This document shows positions 10,901 through 22,900 of a stretch of 64,000 bases of DNA, piece after piece (the stretch's first letter is position 1; each line of letters starts with the position of its first letter). Under the pieces are notes generated by a model. The model was not told where the DNA came from, made no database searches, and saw only the letters and a program-made list of their open reading frames with translations. Origin of the DNA: Ascidiella aspersa (lineage: Eukaryota); NCBI GenBank assembly GCA_963924565.1, contig OZ004608.1, forward strand, positions 34,472,001 through 34,536,000. The letters are read 5' to 3'. The translations under genes and the position numbers were made by a program.

Positions 10901-13900
10901 TCCAATTAAAACTATTTAATTTACTCCTAAAATCGTTATCTCACCTGAAAATGCCCGTTATTCTTATTTCGCAATTCTTTAATGAAGAAAAATTTTAATA
11001 AAAACTGAAACTGTTATTTTAACTGCATTTTGCTAAAAAAATACAATTTTTTTAAGAAAAAAAGGAAGTCACATTGCATTATGCTTACCGAGTGTCCGTC
11101 AAATGTCTTTACAGGTCGGTCATGCCCTAACTGACAGACGTGGATGCTCATATCGGTCGAACAAGAAGCAAAGCACGTGTTGTTCTGCCAGTCGACATCT
11201 AGCGCCGGGGCTGAGAGAAAAAAAGCAATCGCTAGATGGTGCGCACGAGCAAAACTGTGTTTCGCGAATAAAGTTATACAGGGAAAGCCATATGTATTGA
11301 AAGGCTGGGTCGTCTGTAGGATGGTTAATTCAAATTGCATATGCTAGAAGTAGAACTGAGATTACCTATTGAACTGGTAAAGGTTTGAACAGTTTTTAAC
11401 TGTTGTGAACAAGGCAATTAGAAGTCATTTGCAAAAATAACAAGTCAAGTCCCAGACCAATGCCTCAATTGCCCAAGGCAAGTTATTATTAGAGCAAGTC
11501 AACTAGAAGTCAAGTCAATGACATAAAAAAACAAATATTAAACTATTAAAATTGGTGAACATGTTCAGTTAAGAGTAATATCTCAACAAAAAACTAACAA
11601 AAACGCAGCATACAGCAAGCAAGTGGTTTTATGTGCAAAACAACAAAATACCAATTGTCCATAAACCTTGGTCAAGTCATTAAATAAACTATTAGTCAAA
11701 ATAGTGACTTGAATAAGGTTATTGACTAAAGTCATTAACAATAATGGTTTGTTGTTGCACATACTTTACTTGCTTTAACGCAAAGCGTTTCAAACGAATC
11801 TTGCCCAGTCATAGCGTGCGCTTTTTTTCCAATGTACAATATCGCATGTCTAGGGTAAACCCATTTTATTTGAGCTTCTAACAATGGATAGGCCTCAAAC
11901 AGCGCACACAAATACTGGACTTGAAAGTTACGTCATCCAGCATTAACTCAAATACACAAAGGGCCAGTTTACAATAAATAGAGAGGAGCCGGGATATTTT
12001 TATTGCCTTTACAGCGTCAGAAAGAACAGTTTGTAAAAAGGGACACTTTAGGTAACCTTTTAAACCGGCTAATGGATGTAAAGAAACCTCAAAAAGGGTG
12101 ATAAATTTTTAAGATATCCTTAAAACAGCGGAAAACAGGAACTACAAAGTACTTCACTTGGGGCAAAACTAATTTAACTCAAACCTTTGTGGCGCAAAAA
12201 GAATACAATAAAACAAAAACAGGCCTAATTATAAAGCGGCTTGAATCCCTTTTTTACTAGTTCAGCATTGTTTTACAGTGCACAAAAGGACACTGCAGAA
12301 AAAGTATTGGCTGTTTGACAGACAGTTTTTTAATCCGCCTAATGTGCGTAAAAACATGAAGTAAGAATGGTAAAAAGCCTTTAAAATGGCCACAAAAACA
12401 GCTGGATATCTTGCTGTAATTTAAAACCAATAAAACACACAAAGTTCATTCAGTTCATTTCCGCATTCTGCCAGATCAGCAAAACAGCCCGCCCGCATTT
12501 ACGATGAACGGAAACTCATTATCAAGTCGAGACGAGACCCATTTTGGCCGTTGGGTGGCGCGCCAGAGCGCAAAAACGACTTTTACTTTTGACTCGGGGG
12601 ATTTCGCCTACGTGTTTCGCCTTCAGTTTAAGTTCCGGACGAGTTGACACAACTATGCGGCTGCTATTGATTTTTCTGGCCTGAACGCTTCGCTAGTTGG
12701 TGTATCGTCACGGCGGCGTTTCGAAAGGTCAAAAAATATGCCTGTGGTGACTCACCAACGTGTTTAATTCCTCCTTCAAAATATTGTTTTTTGCACGTCA
12801 GACGTTTCATAACAAGTCGTAAGTTATTAGTCTTAAAATGCCACTCTTTGCAAAGGCTTCCATATTTGGACTGAAAGTTCGTTTGCTTTAAATAGAAAGA
12901 AAATGACATTTGCCAGTTGATCAGGAAATAAATTGATCCACTTTACCATTTAACGACCGACGTTTCAAACGTTTAAACCTGGTTAACAGAACAACAAGGA
13001 ATTTACTTTACCCCCCTTTGAATATTTCAAGACGTAAATCCATAAAGGAGGTTATATTTTTGGAGCATAATGGTTGGGGGTTTCAGTTTGACGAACTAAG
13101 AATAGCAAAGCCCATAGAGAAGTAGGCAAGATTTTTTATTGTTGAAAATAAATAGAGAGATAACCGAAGCCTAAAAATTTACCTACTTCTATATGGGCTT
13201 TGTTATTTCTATTAGATCAAGGTTGTAACCAGTTTAACACTAAAGCAGTAGAATTTTTTTCAAAACGCAGTCAAATTTATACACCACGAAAATAGACCAA
13301 GCCACAAAGCAAACAGCATTTGAAAAACTGATTGTAGAAAATCCGTGGCTAAAAAGCCTTAGGTATCCAAAGCATATGAGCAATAGAGACAAATCGCTGT
13401 ACAACAAGCAACAGGCCAAGTAAGTGGGTGACAGGCTTAAGCATCCGGGCTACCTCCGACAACAGAAACAGTTTCCCAGAACCAGGTCGACCGACAGAAT
13501 CGCTCAAGCGTGAACAGAGTGGCTGCTCGTCGCCTGATTGGTCGGCTTGACTTTGGTTGCGCCAGTCAGACAAGTTAATAGGGCTGGTTTAAAAGGTCTC
13601 GTTTTTCATGTTTTTTGTCTTTCAATCGGTTGCAATTTTCTACCTTGTTTTGTGTTTTAATCCTGTCCATTTGAAAGCTTGCAAGTATATTGGTACTTAC
13701 AGTAGGTACACTTAACCAATTTTACCAGTTTAACGTTTTATTTTTATGACAAAGACTTGATGACTTGACTGAGGCTTGACTTGGGCAAGTGATGACTTGT
13801 TATTCACCCAAAACTGACTTGGACTTCATTCATTTATTTTTTTTCGAAAACGCTTTTGCATCTTTTTCTCTTTTAGCCATTTTAAGCATTTTGTATTTTT

Positions 13901-16900
13901 TCTTTGGCACAAAAATGGCAGAAGACCAGACTGTTGCACGTTGGGCAAAATGCTTTTCAAACAACCATGAAAAATAAAAAAAAGTCCAAAACAAAAAGCA
14001 GACTGCATTTAAAATTAATTAAGGGCCGAACCTAACGCATAAGTTTGTAGAAAAAAACAGGCCAAGTGACGTTAAACCGGCTATGAACAATAAGATGAAG
14101 GCACCAAACAGGCGATTTCCGAAGCGGAAATGTAACTGACGTGTTTTTAAGTATTTTTCCGCTTTGTCAGTCAATCAAGCGTTTTTCATAAGCTTTGAAG
14201 TTTCATATTGTCGTGTGTTTTATTTTTGCCTCATATTTTGAGCGGATCCAATTTGTCCAACTTACGTTGACTGATTTGTCTCGATAGCACGGTGTCTGAT
14301 CATACCGACGCGAGCAGAAAAGCACGATTGGAAGACTTTTCTGGTAAATTAGTCGAAAAAATCTCAGTAAAAAAACACAAAAATAAGTCAAAAACGATTG
14401 AACAAGACCCCAAATAAGAATAGACCAAAGCATAATAAAGCCTATTAAATCTTTGTAGCATAATGGTTACAGGTTGTACTAAGACGTAATAAGAATATCA
14501 AAGCCCATACAGAAGTAGGTATCATTTTGAACGTTTCGAATATCTCTTGTTTAAAATGATGTTGAAAGTTATTCGAAAAGTACAAAATAACACCTACTTC
14601 TGTATAGGCTTTGATATTCTTACTACATCCTATTAAATCCTTAAGAAAAAAAGGGCAATTTGAAAGGCCAAAGCGTGAAGTGAAATTTGAGCTTACTCGA
14701 ATACCCACTTAGTGACGTATACAAGTACACACGTCATACATAGACACCCGCTGCAATTTTCAAAGCCAGGGCCAAGAGCTACAGTGAAACGTAAGCTTAT
14801 CAGCCGCATACAATTTCTTTGTTTAGCAGGTGCCAAAGCTGATTGGAGCGTGCGGGTTTAGTTGCTGGTAAATAGACGAACGTCATTTGAGACGTGCTTG
14901 AAATTTTTTGTGCGAGTATTACTGTTCAAGGCCAACTATGAAAACGCTAACCGTTTACTAACTGTATACAAGCGCAACGCTTAAATACTTTCTCAATTTT
15001 AAAGCTGTTTTTTACGACTGTCACTGAAGGTGTTTAAAAAATGAAATCGTAAATAAATATATTTCAAAGCACGGTGAACTTAATTTAAACTAGTATATTT
15101 TAACTGTGGTGCTTTACAAAAAAAATAATAGGGATGTCACTCCGAATGAGAAAGCACAAAAACAACACACAAGGTAAAAATTTAAAAATTGTTGCTTTCA
15201 TACAATGATTTCCAATACATCGTATTCTATTCCTACACCGATACGCGATATTTTTAGGAAAAGTATCGCGATACGATCCAAATAACGGAGCCCAATATAA
15301 ACCCTTCTACTGCTTTGAAAATATTTCCATTCCAACCGTTTTCTTAATCGTGCGTCATATGTTCATGACCTCTTTAAAATCAATCGTCCTTAACGGCCAT
15401 GTTACAAACCCGGCCGAGTTTATCAGAGTTCTTTGAGCGTCGCAAATCAAATCGTAAAACGAAGCGACGTCGCTTAATGGTTTGTTTACCAGTGCAGGGC
15501 GCTTTACTGGGCAACGCAAACAGCAAAGGGCGAACACCATGGCGTTATAGGCAAGGGGAAGTAGTGGCTAATGTGGTGTTGTATCGTGCGTAATGCAGCT
15601 GCTAAATAAGGCACAGCGTTGGCCGCCTAACGCCAGTTATAAGCTTCTGTCTACCCGCGCTTTCCGACCACGGTTATGTAACGCGTTCTAAGTGTTAGGT
15701 TGGATTCATTTTTGTTCGGTAAGATGAAAATAGCTTGTAGGGTTGCCACCAAATGTTTTGGAAAACAAATTCAAAAATTTTTGAATAAAATTTGACGGCT
15801 TACTAAACATCTAAAATTCGATTGCTTGAAGTTTTTTGACAATATCTCCTAAACGAAACAGTATATTGCTATGGTCAACACAAAAAAAGTCTTTTTTTAA
15901 TGTTAGTGACAGCACTTTCTAAGAACATAACCACGAGCTAGAATAAAATAAATTTAAAGACTCTTAAAAAAGTCATAGTCTTCTCAATATGTAAATCATA
16001 ACCAGTAGGGCACAACTTGAGATTACGTGACAACAAAGGCAGATGGTTTGAACTTTTTAAAGGTTGTTTTAAAGGGTTTATGCAAAGGACGTCGCAATAC
16101 AAACAACAGCATTCGCCACTTAGTATGATACCACTCATGGGTAATTCGTTTTTCATGCCTAGTTTAAAGTTTGTGGAAAAATTAACACCAGAAGCAGAAA
16201 CGCATTGAGATACAGTTGGAAAGGATATCTTCCTATCAGACTGTATGTTTATTAAAATTGCAAAACCGCAACTAGCTTTAGATTACGTCACAACATAAGC
16301 GGTATATTTGAATGCTGATAAAAATGTTGAACGATCCGGAAAAATAAAAAACTAGTCCATCGCAAAGAAATCATTGTATTAGAAGCTCTTATCAAAAAAT
16401 AAAAAAATAAACTGGCAACAAATCTAACAACTATAGGTAAAGTCTCAAGAAAGAATAGTTGTTGAACACACAACACTTTTAAGACAACATAGACAACCTT
16501 GTTATTAGTGGCCTGTTAGATGATAGGGGTCAGTTTTCACTAGGCTGTTTGAATCAACTATACAAGGCAATACAAAGAAGCTATAGAGGGTTTATTGTCG
16601 GAACAAGCTACACTATCGGCTGAGAACCCTAAGGTTAATTTGCATCACAATGGGGTCTTCGGGATAATGGAACAACAAACCCATTTGGGAAAAGCCATTT
16701 TTGTGGAATCAGTTAAGAAATGGCGGAAAAACAACAATTCAACCTTGCTTTGAAAAGTGTTGAATCTGTCTTAACCGAAAAAGTTGCGGAGCCGCTGACA
16801 GATGGAAAAGGAAATGTGTAGAGTTTAAAATGCCCATTCAACACAAGCGCCCATAAATGGAGAACGTGGCCTGCGTGGGTTAAAGCAATTGTTCTCAAAA

Positions 16901-19900
16901 CTTTTTTTTTTTTGCGACGCCTTTGGAAACGTTTGTTGTATTTGCGACGCACCAAGCGATATGAAAGTTTACTAGCGTTTTATTGTATATGTTGATAAAG
17001 AATATTTCAAAGCCTATACAGAAGTAGGTATCATTTTGAACGTTTCGAATAACTCTTCATTTACAACACGATTTTGATACCTACTTCTGTATGTGCTTTG
17101 ATATTGTTACCACGTCCTACTACAACCTCCAACCATTGTGCTGCAAAGTTGATCGACGCCCTTAGTAAATTAAAGCGATGCACCAGAGCGTCGCAACGCA
17201 CATTTTAAAAACCACTGGGTTAAACGATGCTTCAACGCTAACGCACAAAATGACAGTCTGTCTGTGCTGTGTGGTTAAGGCATTTGTCTCGGTTTTTGAC
17301 AGTTTGGCTTTGGACAACGCTAAACAATTTTAAAATACCTAAACACAAAAAACTGCCAATTGTCTACTGTAGTTATAGATGTAGGGTACACTTTTAAACG
17401 ACGGTTACTAGTTATTAAAACACATTAACAAACCAGTGTTTAAGTTTAAAAGTAGTGAGAATATCAACGCCCATATAGAAGTTGGTACCATTTTGAACGT
17501 TTCAAATATATTTTGATTCATTTTCAACATGGTGAGAAGGCACTGATTCTATGTGTTTAGTGTATAGTACTGAGGCAGAGTGCAGAAAAGAAGGACACAG
17601 GGGGAAATCTAACAAGAGATGTTTCAAACGTTTAAAATGCTACCTACCTCTGTATGGGCTTTGATATTTCTCCTACGCCTAACTATAACATACAAACATT
17701 ATGCTCCAATGTGTAGTTTTAGTTTGAGCAAGTTTATAGATACGCTGCGTGTTTCGAAACCGAAAAACAACATAATGCATTCAACAACAAATCGCAGTTT
17801 GTTTCCTCCCAGACAACAACTGTGGGATCTAAAACGCGCTCCCAGAGTTAAACACGAGCACACACGCGCACACACGCGCACACACTCACACACACACACG
17901 CGCGAGGCAAATTCCACAGCACTATGCAAACAGCATTTTGGCAAGTAAAAGACCAAAGGCCCGACTAGAAGCGTGTTGGTATTTACCCTGATGGAAAGGA
18001 AATTGTTGCTTAGCGTCTCCTGTGTTGGCGTCCCATATTATGGTAGTCTTGTCAACGCCAGCGCTCAGGATGTAGTTGCCCTTTTTGTTCCATTTCAAGG
18101 CGAAAATAGGCCCTTTGTGCTGGCCGAGGACGTTTTCGAGACGGCCTGAAAAAATGACATAAAAATATTTTTTTCTTAGACGGATTTTTTTATAACATCA
18201 CAAAGGTTTAGATTAAAAACTTAAAAAAAAAACTTTTTTGGTTTAAAATTATTTGAAATTGTAATTGCATTGGATGAGTAATTTTGGAAAAGTCCATTAA
18301 AATTGCAAGTTATACACTTGAATTCCAGCTTTTAGCAGATTTCAATAGTGGGTTTACTTTAATTAGGGTGTTTTAAATAAAGCAATGAGTATTTTTAATA
18401 AATTTCACCATAGGTGACAAAAATTAATTGAGACTTACAATTATAACAAAACATCATGCCACAAAACCTCCAAGTTAGTTTTAAAAAACAACCATAAAAT
18501 CATGCAGTTGTATAACCACAACATAGATTTTTTCAGAATGGTTGATCAATTAAAAAATGGTTGTAAAGCTAACAGGCCAACACACAAAATAATGCTGATT
18601 GCTTGTAATGTGTAAGTGTGATTTGCAATTTTGTTGGGTACTTGATGACATTATTCTACTTGCTTATATTCTGATGTATAGCATCCTAATTTAATATTCA
18701 AAATCTTCTGGCTATGAATCATAGTATTAATCAATAAATAATAATCTATATTTAAAATTCAGTCTAACGTTCATTATTTTTTTCAGAAATATAGCACAAA
18801 CATATTTATTATTTTGTTCTATAAACCTATATTATAAATGTACAATTAACAGGAGAATTCCACAAACAAATAACTTACCATTGGTGCCCCAAAGTCTTGC
18901 ATAACCATCGTAAGAGCCGGTAGCAAGAAGGGTTCCATTGCACTAAATACAAATATGAATAGAATCAATCATGTATGAAGGGCTTTCATGGGTAAATTTG
19001 GTTTGGGAATTGACGATACCAATACAAGATGCTGATGATGAAATGCCCTTTATTCAATATTTAACCCTTATAATCAAAAACTAATATATTCCAGGCAAAA
19101 AGTGACAGTCTGATATAAATTCTGGCATATAAAAATAATAATTGATAGATTAAGCATGGGGTATGTTGCATAAAACAATCACAATTAATCATATTTTTTT
19201 TATGGATTTCAGTGAGTTTATGGCCTAAAATGTCTACAAATAAATTGCTTTAAATCAAAATTAAAACCAAGCAATTTTAAACAAGTCATATGTCGGAAAA
19301 TATATGTCTTTTTTTTCTTACTTATTCGCAAATTAATTTCTATAGCAGTTAATTGTCGGTGGTAGTACTGCGTAAGTGGCACGTGCCACTTTTGCCAAGG
19401 CCTTGTAAATTAAACCATCAAACGATGAACAAAGGACTTGTATTTATCAAGTGCTAATCTAGCTCGAGAGTTTAAGAGCAAGTACATAGGTTGCCAGTCC
19501 AGATCATCGGCCGGAGCCGGAAAACAGCCCCAGGCAAAGACAGCTGACTCTTTCAAGTCTCTGAGCATCATTTCAGGTTAATCTTTAACTGGCCAAGTAA
19601 GGTTCTAGTCAGAATTCCAAACTTGGGCGTCTACATGGCACGACTAAGATCTCAATACTTACCTAAACCAGTACGTAAAATAAACAAAGCTTCATCTATT
19701 TTTTGGCTTAAAAAAATTACAATTTCCATACCTAAAGAAAGCTGCTTTGGCTAACAATAACAACAAAGTTTTATTAGCACAACAAAATTTTGCTCAAATG
19801 CACATGGGTAAAAATGGACTAAATTTGATTATTTATTTGAATGATGGGGTGTATAACAGTGTTGTAAATGTTTTTATAGAAATTGACTTGCCTCAATGGA

Positions 19901-22900
19901 TAAAATAGCTTGACTATACTAAATTGTTTTGACTCACTTTTTAGAAAAATTCAAGTAATTTTAAAATAACTTGTTACAACAGTGACACACACTAAGTTAA
20001 TGGAAAAAACTTCTCAAAATCTTGCTAAAAAAGTCCTTTGAGAAGGTTTGACAAACACAGACTAACTTGTTACAACAGTGACACACACTAAGTTAATGGA
20101 AAAAACTTCTCAAAATCTTGCTAAAAAAGTCCTTTGAGAAGGTTTGACAAACACAGACAGTCAACAAACTCACGTTCCAGTCGAGTGAGGTTACGTCTTT
20201 GTTGCTGGGCACTTCTTGATTCCCGTCCTTGATGCAATGCCTTAGCACAAGTTGCTGGGGGGTCGAGGAGGGGGTTGAGGTCGACGTTACCGTGTCCTCT
20301 TTGAGGTTCCAAATGCGGGCCGTTGAATCACCCGACCTGATTTAATAAAAAAAATTGAAAATCGTTTTTTTTTATAAATTATGCATTTTTAAGTGGAATA
20401 CACTTATAAAAATTGGATAATTTATTTTTTTTAAATGCAAGCCGTCAAATCATCCGACCTTATTTTAAAAAAATATTTAAATAAGTTTTTACAATGATAA
20501 ATATGCAGCATTTATCAGTGACACATTGCATGTAAAATTTTGATGTGATTTTAAGAGATTTTTGCCCCCAACCCTGATGATATTTAACAAACACATTATT
20601 AATGTTAAAGTTAGAACAATGTAACTGGATTTTATGTTAGGATAACCACTTCTAACCTCAACGAAAAAAATTGTGTGAGTATTTTTCAATTCGTTTTTTT
20701 CTTATTCAGTACTAACAAAAAAAACTAAAAATAAGAATAAAAACCTTCTTTGGCATCTTGCTGGTGTATTGCACATTTTTTTTTAGCTTTTTCAAACATA
20801 TTAGGATTAAAATTAACAATTTACTGAATATATATAGAAATAAACTAAAATCTCAACCAGAATTCCTTTCAAAAAATGTCACAAAAATGTGTAAACTACA
20901 TATCTGCTACCAATCTAGGGCATTTTTACCCAGAAGCCAGAAGGTCTTGCGTTGGGTTCCAGGCACAAATAAACACCTCGGAATCATGTCCTCGGAGAAC
21001 GGTTGCGTTGTTAAAAGACACTTTAACATCACTGTTCGTTGTGTCCACTTCCATTGGCTCGTTAACGTCGACCCGTGAATTGGGGACACCGCCTACACCT
21101 AAATGTAACAGTGAGAATTACTTTACAAGATAGAAATTAATTGCAGGCTGGCAGAATCTTGCCAGCCTTCTGGTGACAAGCATTTTTGGCGAAAATTCTT
21201 CGGTTTTTGGTCGCCCCCTAAACTTAAATGATGTGTTCACCTGAGGATCTATGAACCTTGCCATGTTTTGGCGATAAACAAAGTTATTAACAAGTAAATT
21301 AGACAACAAAACGTAGCGCCGAAGGCGCAAACATTTTTGTGACATTAAGTCATTAACAAGTACATAAAAAAAAATAAGGGACATGTAAAGGTACAACCAT
21401 GGGCCTGGGTATGTACGTACATGTCTAGCCTGGTAGATCCTTAATATGCTGATGCGAAGGTTATACCTGTACATTTAACAGGGATGGGGAATTCAACTGA
21501 ATAAACAGGAAATCAACTCAATATAGAAGTACTTGCCAATTTAAAGTAAAACTGCCAACACGTCACAATTGTATGATAAAAAGCGTGTACTTTTCAAATA
21601 ACAAACAGTCTATATGCCTTACACTGGCTTTTTCTCACCAAACAATGTGCTTCACACTACCGTAACTTTTTTCAAAATGACACAACAAAATTAATTTCTG
21701 CCAATTGTAGTGTGTAATGTTATTACATATTTCCAGTGTTAAAAAATGGATGTAATTAAATTTTTGTGGAAACAACCACAGTGTATTTTGTAAATTGGAT
21801 GTTGGAAAAAAAATTTAAAACATTTTTTTTTATTTTTTTTTTTACTTGAATTTTTTTTTTGCACCAATTTCTTCGGTTTTCTGGCTGATTCTTCGGCCGA
21901 CATAGTCGCCAAGTCGCCAGCATTCTGCCATACTGATTAATTGATATCATTTTTTATGGTTTCTGTCGCAAACTAGGTCGGGACACAATCCCCAAAATAG
22001 CAGCTAAGGATAAGGATTGACTTTACGTTCTCGAGCTTAACAGTTGTTGGACATTATAAGGTCTACCATCATTAAATATGTGACAATTTCCTAAGTTTTT
22101 TGTTTTGTGTTTGTACAGCTGAGGTAATTTTTTTAAGTTCTTATGTTTAAAATATAACAAAGTGTAGGTTTTAGTGGACGATAAAAGCCATAGTTTTCAA
22201 AATTAGAAGGGCGATCATCTGATTTCATCCACAGACATTGATAACAACAATTTTTCTTTTAGCCACACTAAAGATAAAGCATAAAGGCACTACCGTGCAA
22301 CGTATGATCACCGCCGTTGGTCTGGGGTTCCTGTTTAAGGTTGGTTGTGGATGTGGCAGCGGTAACAACTGTGGTTATCGCCGCGCTGATGCCAGTGTTT
22401 GGCGCCGTACAAACGACAGTGGGTGCCACCGACACCATCGGCACTGGCGTGTTATTGGTGGCGGGAACGTTTGTGGCGGCACTGTCACCATTGTTTTGCG
22501 TCGCGTTATCTTCGTTGATTTGTTGCTGCTTCTCAGCTTGCTCTTTTTTGATGGTCGCCATTTTTTCACGAAGTTGTTGCTGCTTGGCAAGGACAACGTC
22601 CGGCATGACAGCGTCGACCAGAGACAGGCTTTCACTGAATCTACCCTCGAACATCATTCCGTCCTAGTAAAATTTGAAAAAATAAAATAAACTGTGGAGC
22701 ACAACGGTTGGATGTTGTAGTAAGACGTAATAAGAATAACAAAGCCCATAAAGAAGTAGGTAGCATTTTAAAATTTCAAATATCTCTTTATTTATTTACA
22801 ACATCTAAAGAGTTATTTGAAACGTTCAAAATGATACCTACTTTTGTATGGGCTTTAATATTCCTATTCTAAAATAAATTGTATTAAAAAAATATTAAAA

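Noticed and set aside
19374-19391. 18-bp perfect palindrome aagtggcacgtgccactt (E-box core)
   Set aside because: It is short and resembles subterminal palindromes of hAT MITEs; there is no further support for function.
19480-19660. Intronic box C/D snoRNA in TBL1 intron 5
   Set aside because: An ATGATG-like motif is present on the minus strand, but there is no properly placed terminal CTGA box or closing stem.
22238-22690. + strand ORFs of 150 and 116 aa
   Set aside because: They are antisense shadows of the GC-rich TBL1 exon 3.
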